64,000 bases of DNA from a virus (Duplodnaviria > Caudoviricetes): positions 1 through 64,000 of IMG/VR virus record IMGVR_UViG_3300024284_000007; one strand, written 5' to 3'. The translations under genes and the position numbers were made by a program. The notes under the pieces were generated by a model. The model made no database searches, had not been told where the DNA came from, and saw only the letters and a program-made list of their open reading frames with translations. Position 1 is the stretch's first letter, and each line of letters begins with the position of its first letter. Positions 34,876-44,300 of this stretch are shown here, in pieces.

Positions 34876-35277
34876 CTAGAGCAGGTCGGCGATCATCTCG
34901 ACATCGCGGCGGGCGGTCCCGGTCAGGTCATCCGGACGGGGAGTGAAATCCAGGTCACCCCAGGACAGGGTGTCGGAAGGGTCCCCGTGGAAACCGTGGA
35001 GAAGATACTCCCGCAAGGATGCCTGCCTTTCCTGCGCAGTCTCCCCGGTGATCTCGTGAGGTTCCACCACGACATGATTCCACCTGCCGTGGAACCGCAT
35101 GAAACGGCTGTATCTCTCTTGCTGGAAATGCAGGGGCTTGGGCTCGCCGGAGGCGGTTACTGACGATTCGCAGACGATATGCACCAGCCCGGGAACGCTT
35201 TCGAGGGCTTCCATCCGGGCTTCCAGCTCATCGAGGCGGTTTTCCGCCAGGACGATGCAGTCGAAAACACGCGGCAT
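34876..35277 (-). CDS. Short GT17-like glycosyltransferase domain
   Basis: VFDC...LDELEARM..L......IVCES..T.SGEPKPL...WGDLDF.P. Confidence 0.55.
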   Translation of the reverse strand: MPRVFDCIVLAENRLDELEARMEALESVPGLVHIVCESSVTASGEPKPLHFQQERYSRFMRFHGRWNHVVVEPHEITGETAQERQASLREYLLHGFHGDPSDTLSWGDLDFTPRPDDLTGTARRDVEMIADLL

Positions 35278-35314
35278 ATCAGCTCCAGTAGGACGTGGGC
35301 TCGTGACGGGAGAG

Positions 35315-38300
35315 TTAACTCCAGTATGTAACTGGTTCATAATCGAGCGTGAGGGTGACCTGCCCGGTGACGGGCTGGTTGTGCGTGCCGAAATCGAGAC
35401 GGCGCTTGATCTCCGTCACGCGCATCGTGTAGACGGCACCGCCACCCCCGATGATCCAGTCTTCCAGGGTCACGATGTCTCCCACGTTGATTCCCAGCAC
35501 CAGCGGCCATGCGGCAGGATAGGCGGCGGCATCGATGAAGACGTTCTCTGCCCTTCTCCTGGGGGTGCCGAACGTGGAAAGCAGCCAGTCCGCCTGCGCC
35601 TGCATCTCCACAGGATCCTGCAGCCAGGAAGTGACCTGCAGCGGCTGGGCTCCGTAGCGGATCTGCGAGGCATTCGCGGTCGTCGCGTCAGAGGGGGTGA
35701 TCAGTGGCAGCGCTGCGCCCGTGGGGGACAGCGGGGAGATGGTGATCGCGTTGTATACCCGCTGCGGGTCGGTCACCCAGTTGACCTGCTGGTAGTAGGG
35801 GATCTTCCCGGCAGAAGGACCGATCTGCCAGACCGGGGAGGAGTACTGCGAGGCAAGGTGGGGGCGCTCCCAGTAGGTGAGGTTGCCGCAGTTGTCGATG
35901 AACAGCATGCCGTCATCGGACTCCTGGATCGCCTGGACGGCGGAGCCGGTCTGGGTTCCCCCTCCGGTGCTCCCGGGTGCCTGCACCAGCAGGGGAGCCT
36001 GGTCGATGCATCGCTGCGGGCTGGAGCACCTGCCGCCGCGCATCAGCCGCTCGATCCGCTGTCCCACCGTGTCCCCGATGGAACTCGGCGCGGTCGGAGG
36101 GGAAGACCCGTCCCCGCCGCTGACCTGGCCGACGCCCTGCCCGTTCGCGGAAGCGCCGTAGCCGGAGTTGAAGGAGTCCCCCGCGCCCAGGACCACGGCA
36201 GCCTGCGTCTCGCTGCCCAGCGAGGAGGCGGTGTAGACATCGAAGGTGCTCGCGACCCCGCCCCAGCCCACCCACAGCGCGAACCACTGGGTACTGGACG
36301 GGAAGTACTGGGCACCCGTCGCCCAGGCGGACGGCCCGGAGGTGTACCCGCCGATGTTCGCGACGACCACCGCGCTCGCGGACGGCACGGAGTTCCCTGT
36401 GTAGCCCCCCAGGTTCAGCGAGCCGTCCGGGGTGAAGCTCGCGGAGCCCCCGAGCTGGGCGGGACCCACCCACTGCACGGACGGGGTAGTCGGCGCGGGA
36501 ATCTGCCCGAATGCCGTGGTGGCAGCCCAGTAGTGATCGTAGATGCGGTAATAGGGGAGAATGTAAGGATAGACCGCGATATGAGAGAAAGCGGCATTCC
36601 CCCCGTGCTGGATTCCCGCCGGGGAAGACCCTCCGCCGCTGCCGAAGTCAGCATTGGCGATAAGGCAGGTCCATGCGCTCGTCATTCCCGCGCCGGTACC
36701 GGAGACCTGGGCGGTGGCACCCCCGTTGATCCACACCGTCCACGCGCTCGTCGTGGCGGTCAGGGTGACCTGGAACCAGCTCTCCGAACGGAGGTCGGAG
36801 GCGGTGTAAACGGAATGGGTCGTCGGAGTGGAGCCATTATACGTGATGAGGTTCAGGTGCCCGCTGTTATTCAGCTGGAGAATGGCGACCGGATTGGACG
36901 AGGTAGCCAGTTCCAGCAATGTCAGGCTGGTGAAAGGCTGCTGGCAGGCGCTGGCGAAGCCGCTCTGCCCGGTCGGGACGTATCCGGTGGCGCTGCCGAG
37001 GTACTGGTAATTGAACCAGCCTTCCACGGTGATGCCGTTCGCCAGCGGGGGGAAACTGGCGTCATTGCAGATCAGGTACCAGCCGTAGGAGCCGGTCGTA
37101 CCGGCGTGCCCGGACTGCTGCCAGCTCGCGGAACCGGGCTGGGCGCTGACCGGGTTGCCGGTATCGAAGGAAGCAGGGGACTGCACGGGGTCCCCGAACA
37201 TCCACCCGGAGTTGGTGCCCGCCGCGTAAGTGGCGATGCTGGGCGGCACGATCACTCCCGACCCCGCTCCCAGCGAGTTGCCGTCCGTGTCGTAGATAGC
37301 CTGCGGCAGCGCCCCGTTCGGGGATAGCCTCACGCCGAGGGTCTTGGTGTTCCCTACCGCCGCATTGAGCATCTCGGTCGGCAGGACCCCTGCCGTGCCC
37401 GGCTGGTCATCTAGCGGCCACCAGGCGTAGGGTCCGTCCTCGAAGACCTCGCTGCGGTAGAACGTCGGCGGGGTGGCGCTCAGCGCGTTCCACAGGTCAG
37501 TGCCGGTGATGTTGACATAAGGGCGGAACTGCTCGTCGATCTTCTCGGTCCACTCCTGCGCATTTCTCTGCAGGATGTACCACCGGTTCACGGTCGTTCC
37601 CCCGATGGTGCCCAGTGCCATTCTCAGCCGCAGCGGGGTGCCAGGCTCGATGTTGGGGTAATAGGGAGAAGACGCGTTAGTGGACGTCAGGGCGAGATCA
37701 GGGTTATCTGCCTGGGCTTCGAGGAAGCTAGCCTGCAATTCGCCCAATTGATACTGGATTCCCGTCGTTTCATCCCAGTTCCACAGCCGTGATGTCAGGT
37801 CGGTCCAGGTCAGCTCGGAATTGGGGGTGTTGAATCCCGCCCCGAGCGCCGCCTCGAATTTCAGGTACGGCCAGTTCGCGTTCTGCCCGGCGGGAATGGG
37901 GGTGGCTGCCGACACCTGCACCCCGAGCATGAAGCCGGACATGTCCTCGGCGACGGAGGAGGTCCCGGTGATGCTCTGGGAGAAGACGGTGGACGGGAGC
38001 ACTGCCGCTGACAGGATGTTGTCCGCCAGCGTGTTGCTGCCGTTGCTCTGGGTCTGGGTGTCCAGCGGGAGCCAGCCCGCGCCTGCCTGGTAATGCTGGG
38101 AGACCTGGGTCGCGGTTAGCGCGGTCCCGTAAATCGCGCATTCCGCCATCAGCCCGTTCAGGTAGTTGCTGTTGAAGGTGGAACTGTACCCGATCCCGAT
38201 GTTCTGGGTGCCCGCTGGCATCGACCCGGAGAACGGGACGGCGGTAGCAGCGAGAACCCCCTGCAGGTAGACCTTGATATTAGAGCCGTCCCACGTCCCG

Positions 38301-40138
38301 ACGACGTGCGTCCACCCGGTAGCCGCGATCGGGATGGAGGACTGCACGAGGTTCCAGTTCGTCCCGTTCCCCACCCAGAAAGTCGGGAGATTGTGCCCGG
38401 CTCCTTCCAGCGAGAACATGAAGCCCTTGTTGTCGGCGGTGGGATTGTCATTGCTCATGATGACGGTAGGGCCGGGGGTGAGCCCGTTGTAGTTGACCCA
38501 GGCTTCCGCCGTCACCGCCGACAAGGCAGGATTGTAGGATGTCAGGACGTGGCTGGAACTCGCAACGGAGAACCCGGCGACGGTATTCCCGGGAACGAGG
38601 TCGTTGGTATTCCCGAAAGTCACTCCGGTCGCGGTCCCGGAATGACCGTTGCCGCTGGAGTCGGCGGCGGTTCCCGATCCTGCGGTCTCGTTGAGCTTCC
38701 ACCATGCCAGCGGCGAGGACCCGGAGATCAGCTGGTTGTAGGCGTCGGGGAAAGCCTGCCCGGAAGAGGCGTTGTCCCCGCCGAGCGCTGCGATGATGAA
38801 AGCCGCCTGCGAGGGCGCTCCCAGTGACATGGACAGCGAGGTGCTGGCGGCGTTATATGCTGTGGTCGTGGCGGTGACCGTATCCCAGGGACCCAATCCC
38901 GATATCTCGACCACCAGCACGTTGATGGCGGCGATCTCCATGTCCGGGGCGACGTAGACCCTGTTCACCACCCGGGCGGTATTGGGGGTATAGGCAATCG
39001 AGGTGCGGACGTTCCCGTTCGAGCCCGCTGCGGGGTACTGACGCCAGTAGGAGTGGATGTCATCCCCCACCCCGACGTGGACGTTCGCGATCGCCGGGTT
39101 CTGCGTCCAGGACGCGATGCAGAACAGCCAGTTTCCTGCTGTCGGGGTCCCCGAGCCGGTGCCCACCGAGCTTGCCGGGTTCAGCTGCACGACTGCGGAC
39201 TGCAGGGCGGAGGTGATCGCGGCGAAGGTGGTCCCCTGCCCGTAGCCGCCCGCCCACTGGTTGACTACCGCAGGCTGCGGGGCGGTGCCCAGGGCTGTCA
39301 GCGTGCCCGTCCCGGACAGGGCGGCGCTCGCGGGGATCCTTACCGGGGGCTGAGCAGGCGGCAGGGGGTGGCTTCTGTGCGGGGCGAAGCGCCGGAGCCA
39401 GGTGCGCCCCGGGGCTATCACCGACAGCGTGTTGTTCGCGCCGGGGGCGGCGGAGACGGCGGTGGCAGTGAGGGTGCCTGTCCCGGCGAGGGTCGCGGTG
39501 CCGCTGACCGAGGAGGTGAAAGTCAGGGTGATCTGCCCGGGAGCGCCCGTTCCCCCGGCGTGGTTGATGGAGCCGCCGCTGCCCCCGCCGCCCGCGCCGC
39601 TGCCCGGGGCGTTCCCGTTGCTCCCGGCGGAAGTGTTGCCGCCGCCGGTTCCCCCGGCAGCCCCCCCGCCCGAGCCCGCCGAGCCCCCGGCTCCGCCGCC
39701 GCCGAGTCCTCCGGCACTGCCGGTGCCGCCCGCACCGGAGCTGCCGCCGGAGCCGCCGCCGCCGGAGCCGCCGTCGTTGGATCCGGCAACCCCGGTGCCC
39801 CCGGTGCCCCCGTTGTTGTGGATGGCGTTGGTGCTGCCGGTGCCGCCCGCACCCGCGTTCTGCCCGGAGGCGTTCGCCCCGTGGTGCGCGGTGACGGTGA
39901 CGGAGGTCCCCGGGAAGCTGGTGTCGGTCCCGGTGCCCCCGGAGCCGATGGTGAAGCTGATCGTGCCGGAGACCGCGACCGAGGTGTCTTCCGCGTACTC
40001 GCCGCCGCCGCCGCCGCCGCCGGAGCGGACTCCGTGGGCGGAGGTGCCGCCGTTGCCGCCCTCGCCCCAGGCCTGGCAATCGACGGTGGGAGCAGCCGCA
40101 GCCCACGATCCGGAGGAGGTGAACGTAACGGTAGTCAC
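35315..40138 (-). CDS. Large minor tail protein (Gly-rich N-terminus, LamG/ConA-like domains)
   Basis: GGxG repeats, WWKLNET.G..A.DSSGNG, WTHVVGTWDG LamG signature; follows tape measure. Confidence 0.8.
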   Translation of the reverse strand: MTTVTFTSSGSWAAAAPTVDCQAWGEGGNGGTSAHGVRSGGGGGGGEYAEDTSVAVSGTISFTIGSGGTGTDTSFPGTSVTVTAHHGANASGQNAGAGGTGSTNAIHNNGGTGGTGVAGSNDGGSGGGGSGGSSGAGGTGSAGGLGGGGAGGSAGSGGGAAGGTGGGNTSAGSNGNAPGSGAGGGGSGGSINHAGGTGAPGQITLTFTSSVSGTATLAGTGTLTATAVSAAPGANNTLSVIAPGRTWLRRFAPHRSHPLPPAQPPVRIPASAALSGTGTLTALGTAPQPAVVNQWAGGYGQGTTFAAITSALQSAVVQLNPASSVGTGSGTPTAGNWLFCIASWTQNPAIANVHVGVGDDIHSYWRQYPAAGSNGNVRTSIAYTPNTARVVNRVYVAPDMEIAAINVLVVEISGLGPWDTVTATTTAYNAASTSLSMSLGAPSQAAFIIAALGGDNASSGQAFPDAYNQLISGSSPLAWWKLNETAGSGTAADSSGNGHSGTATGVTFGNTNDLVPGNTVAGFSVASSSHVLTSYNPALSAVTAEAWVNYNGLTPGPTVIMSNDNPTADNKGFMFSLEGAGHNLPTFWVGNGTNWNLVQSSIPIAATGWTHVVGTWDGSNIKVYLQGVLAATAVPFSGSMPAGTQNIGIGYSSTFNSNYLNGLMAECAIYGTALTATQVSQHYQAGAGWLPLDTQTQSNGSNTLADNILSAAVLPSTVFSQSITGTSSVAEDMSGFMLGVQVSAATPIPAGQNANWPYLKFEAALGAGFNTPNSELTWTDLTSRLWNWDETTGIQYQLGELQASFLEAQADNPDLALTSTNASSPYYPNIEPGTPLRLRMALGTIGGTTVNRWYILQRNAQEWTEKIDEQFRPYVNITGTDLWNALSATPPTFYRSEVFEDGPYAWWPLDDQPGTAGVLPTEMLNAAVGNTKTLGVRLSPNGALPQAIYDTDGNSLGAGSGVIVPPSIATYAAGTNSGWMFGDPVQSPASFDTGNPVSAQPGSASWQQSGHAGTTGSYGWYLICNDASFPPLANGITVEGWFNYQYLGSATGYVPTGQSGFASACQQPFTSLTLLELATSSNPVAILQLNNSGHLNLITYNGSTPTTHSVYTASDLRSESWFQVTLTATTSAWTVWINGGATAQVSGTGAGMTSAWTCLIANADFGSGGGSSPAGIQHGGNAAFSHIAVYPYILPYYRIYDHYWAATTAFGQIPAPTTPSVQWVGPAQLGGSASFTPDGSLNLGGYTGNSVPSASAVVVANIGGYTSGPSAWATGAQYFPSSTQWFALWVGWGGVASTFDVYTASSLGSETQAAVVLGAGDSFNSGYGASANGQGVGQVSGGDGSSPPTAPSSIGDTVGQRIERLMRGGRCSSPQRCIDQAPLLVQAPGSTGGGTQTGSAVQAIQESDDGMLFIDNCGNLTYWERPHLASQYSSPVWQIGPSAGKIPYYQQVNWVTDPQRVYNAITISPLSPTGAALPLITPSDATTANASQIRYGAQPLQVTSWLQDPVEMQAQADWLLSTFGTPRRRAENVFIDAAAYPAAWPLVLGINVGDIVTLEDWIIGGGGAVYTMRVTEIKRRLDFGTHNQPVTGQVTLTLDYEPVTYWS

Positions 40139-40178
40139 GCTGTCCTCCAGGAGATCAGGCTGTCAGGCACTCAGGCAC

Positions 40179-40574
40179 CTACACGAGCGATACGGTGATG
40201 CCAGCGGCGCTGACCTGGAACGTGTTGCCCGTCGCGACGTTGACCGGCTGCCCGGTCCAGGTTCCCCACAGGTGGCGCAGGGGGCTTCCCGCCGTATCCC
40301 AGATCTCCAGCCCGACAAGAGACCAGGCGCTTCCCGAATTAGTCCACGACACGGTGCCGGAATTGGATGTGGCAGCGGCGGAGACAGTATTCCAGGTAAT
40401 CGCCGATCCGCCCGTGGTGTATCCCGTGCCCCCGGTCAGCTCCGTCATGTTGGACGTAGCGGTAGGGGCGGTCGTGCCGAGCCGGATCTTCGTCGCGGCG
40501 ACCGTCGTGTAGGCGGTGTTATTGAGGATGGCGGCGAGGATGTTAGTGGCATCCGTCTGGTCGAACATTGCCAT
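40179..40574 (-). CDS. Minor tail protein
   Basis: Ser/Thr/Gly beta-rich; tail operon. Confidence 0.65.
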   Translation of the reverse strand: MAMFDQTDATNILAAILNNTAYTTVAATKIRLGTTAPTATSNMTELTGGTGYTTGGSAITWNTVSAAATSNSGTVSWTNSGSAWSLVGLEIWDTAGSPLRHLWGTWTGQPVNVATGNTFQVSAAGITVSLV

Positions 40575-40586
40575 GGAGATGTCCTT

Positions 40587-41195
40587 TTAGTTCAGCCCGA
40601 GGACGATGAAGCTGTAGACGGTGAGGGAATTAGACGCAGCGCCCCACAATGCCCCGAGTTCCACGTAATACGCAGCCTGAGTCCCCGAGGACCCGATCGA
40701 GACCGTGGTATTGGGGTTAGCCGTCGAGGAACTGCAGCGGGATGCCAGCAAAGTGGACGTGGTGGGATAGACCTTCATGATCCCGTCACTCAGGAACGTG
40801 TTGGTACCCGAGCCTCCGGGAGTCACGTTGGCGATTACCACTTCCAGTTCCCATGGCACGTTCGTCAGGGATGCGGTCTGGTTGACCGCCCCGGTCGTGG
40901 CGAGGATCCCGGCAGTACCGGCGGTCAGGTTCGCTGCGGTGAGGGATCCCTGGGTGGTGTTCGCGGTCACCGCGAGAGTCAGCGCGTTCGTGCCGGTCGT
41001 CGTGGAGAGCACTCCGTGCGCCTTGACGAGCAGGGACTTGCCGGGCGCGCTGTAGCTGGGCAGCCAGAAGTTCGCGGGCAGGAATGCCGCGCCGGTCGGA
41101 AGGATGACGGCAGCAGCGGAAGTTCCGGTGAATGCCGTGCTGTTCGCACTGGCGGAGGACAGTGCCTCCGTCTGGGTGCCCGTAGTCCAGGACAT
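40587..41195 (-). CDS. Minor tail protein
   Basis: Ser/Thr-rich; tail operon. Confidence 0.6.
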   Translation of the reverse strand: MSWTTGTQTEALSSASANSTAFTGTSAAAVILPTGAAFLPANFWLPSYSAPGKSLLVKAHGVLSTTTGTNALTLAVTANTTQGSLTAANLTAGTAGILATTGAVNQTASLTNVPWELEVVIANVTPGGSGTNTFLSDGIMKVYPTTSTLLASRCSSSTANPNTTVSIGSSGTQAAYYVELGALWGAASNSLTVYSFIVLGLN

Positions 41196-41382
41196 GGGAT
41201 GATTTCTCCTTTAAGCGGCGAATGCGGTAATAGTGACGGTGCGACAGCCGCGCCCGGCGTGATCGTGATTTTCGGGGCAGCAATCGCAGGACAGGGCTCC
41301 GTCCGGGTTGCTCCCGTTAAGAGTGCGCGCGGATTCCCCGCAGGAATCGCAGGTGACTTCCAGGAACATGGCGGTCCTTTCC

Positions 41383-44300
41383 CTATGCGGTCTTGCCGGT
41401 CTGCCTGATGCCGGTCTTGCGGTTGCGCTTCGCCTGCTTGAGCAGGGCTGCCTGGATCTTGGCGACCAGCGCGTTCAGTTCCTTGGTGCTCAGGTCAGCC
41501 AGGTCGCCTTTGCCGCCGCCGGACATCGAGATGTGAATCGAGACGTTGTTGTTGACGAACGTGCCGCTCTTGAGATTGGGCGCGAGAGTGCCGCCGTACT
41601 GCCCCATCGCCGCCTGCGCGCCCAGGCCCTTCGAGGCTTTCTGGATCTGCGACCACAGCTTGTTCACCGACTTGACGCCGCCCTGACCGCCGAGGATCGA
41701 CTGGGCGAGGGCATCTCCCTGCTGCGGTCCCGCCGCGATCAGCTGCGCCAGCACTGCCTTATTCAGGTGCCCCTTGCGCAGCTTCGCGATGTCCTTGGCG
41801 AAAGACTGCTCAGTCTTCAGGTAGTCCTTCATCTGGTCCTGCACCGACTGCGCCTGCTGGGTGGGATCGCCCTGCGCATACGCCGCGACGTAGGCGTTCC
41901 AGTCCTTGGCGTTGAACCCCTTCGTGCCGGGGCCTGCGGGGTGCATCTGCGCCGCCGTCAGCCCGGACGGGCTGGTCAGGTTCATGTTCCCGAAGATCCC
42001 GGTCCCCTTGCCGGACGGGTCGTAGCCCTGCCCGTAGGCGGCTGCCTGCGCGACGCCCTGGGCATACTTGATCTCCTGGGAGATCCGGCTCACCAGCTGC
42101 TGCGCGATCTTCTGCGCTCCCGGCCCGATGTTCTTCATGCCCGCCGCGATGCCGTCGATGATGCTGACGGAGATGTTCTTGAGGTCCTTCGAGTTCTTCA
42201 TGTCCCTGCCGAGCTGGCTGATCAGGGTGTCGATCAGGTGCTCGCGCTGCGGGCTTACGCCGTGGACGGGAGCGCCCGGATGGATCCCCAGCGACCTCAT
42301 CAGCGGATGGGGACCGGTCACGGGCATGTGCGGCACTCCGGAGCCGCCCTGGGTGCCCTGCATCTGCTGCTCCAGCATCGCGAGCAGGGCGGGATTCCAC
42401 TGAGCCATGCCGGAGCCCAGCCAGTACCGCATCGGACCGTAGATGGGCAGCCCGGCAAACCCCCCGGCGGCGAAGCCGGGGACATTATGCGCGCCGAGGA
42501 ACGGGGCGACGGCACTGACAAGGTGCTTGGGGACGACAGCCTCGCCGGGTTCGAGCATGGCGGGGAAGATGTCCCCGCCGCCGTAGCCGGGGATTCTCAT
42601 GCCAGCCTGCGCCCCGGCACGGAGCCGCATGTTCGGCGCTCCGGTCCCGGCGAACGTGGCGGGAGCTATTCCCCCTGCTGGCGTCCCGGCGGCTATGACC
42701 TGGTTGATCGTCCGGTTGATCGTGTTAATCTCGATCGTGACGACCTTGTTGTGCAGTGCGGCGATCTCGGCGTTCAATGCTGCTACCGCACCAGCGCCCT
42801 GCGCGTGCGCGGCAGCCTGGACCGTCTTGCTCCTCAGTGCCGCGATGGCGTTGTTCAGGGTCTTGACCTGATCGCTGCCGGACGCCTGGACCTGCGCCTT
42901 GACGACCTTGTTCTGCAGCTTCCCGAGCGCGGACTGCACCTGGGAAGTGTCCGCCTGGACCCTGACCTTCGCATAGGCTCCGCTGACCGCCGAGTTGATG
43001 GCAGCCTGGATTGACGCGGTGCTCCCGGCACCGGAGCGCTGGGCGACTTCTTTCGTCATGTCCAGCCCGGCTGCCTTCGGGATGCCGGAATTCGCCAGGA
43101 ACGTCGCGTAATCCCGCAGCGCTCCGGTATTGACGCTCTTCCCGCCGGAATGCAGGATGCTGTCCATGAACCTGTTCTGCAGGTCCGCCCCGTGCGTGGT
43201 GAGTCCCTGGGCGAGCCCCCCGACGATTCCCGAGCCGATCTGCTGGGTGAACTGCTGGGCGTCGCGGGGAATTTTCGACGCGGCAACCGTCCCCTGGTTC
43301 ATGTTCCTGTTGTAGGCTTTGGCATTCTCCGCGAACTGGTTAGTCCAGTCCGCGACTTTCTTGAAGTCCTGCTGCTGGTTCGTCCCGGAAATGGCGGGAC
43401 CGCCGAATTCCTGGGCGATCGTGGACAGCATCGACAGCCCCGCCGGGGACTTGCGCATCATCGGGAGCAGCTGCTGGATCTGGAATGCCGCCATCTGCGT
43501 GGTCTGCCCGGGTCCCAGTGCCCCCATCGTCTGCATGTTCCGCAGCCAGTCGGTCTGACTTCCCAGCTGCGGGATGAGTCCGCTCTGGGGATTAGTGAGG
43601 ACATTCCACGCCCCCGCGCCCTGCTTGGAGGTGAACGAGGTCAGTGCGTTCGCGAACGCCTTGAAAGCGGGAGGTGCCTGAAGCTTGATGCCGCCCCTGG
43701 AAGAGGTCACCTGAGCACCGCCGAGCGTGCCGAAGAAGCCGGAGGCTCCCGCCGCGCCTCCCGTCACGAGCTGCAGCAGCTGGTCGTAGGCCTGGTTGAC
43801 TGCCCCGACCTCGGAATGCTGCAGTCCCGCCATCGCGGTCTGCGCGCCGACCGCCGCGCCGAACATCCCGCTGCCGTGGACCCCGGTGAAGTTCATCGCC
43901 TGGTAGCCCGCCTGCAGGTTGGCGATCATCGTCTTCGCCTGAGAGGACAGCTTGCCGTTCTTCTCGAAAGCGCTCCCGAGCTGGAGCTGCGCCATGGTGG
44001 CGACGTCGTAGGCCTTGCCCATGTCCAGGGTGGAGCCGGTGATGCCCTTCCACACGTTCGCGACCTGCTGCCCGGCTCCGAGGGCGCTGACCATCGTGCT
44101 GGACAGGTTCTTCAGTTCCTGCTGCGCGACACTGAAGTTACTGGGAGTGCTTCCGCCAAGCCCGATCAGGGAACCGAGCGTGCCGAGCCCCCCGCTGAAG
44201 GCTTCAGTCAGTCCCTGCCATGCTTCGCCGGGCCTTCCTTTCCCGATGCCCGCGCCGATGGCACCGAAGCCCTGGAGGGATCGCTGGACGGGGCTCATGG

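Noticed and set aside
35099-37327. Long plus-strand ORFs opposite structural genes (also 39402..41408, 41308..43014, 43150..46137, 59824..61701, 61689..63173)
   Set aside because: Antisense shadows of high-GC codon-biased genes; Arg/Gly/Pro-rich with no motifs or RBS.
39540-40070. GC-rich GCC/CCG repeats as a DNA repeat element
   Set aside because: They simply encode the Gly-rich N-terminus of the tail protein.
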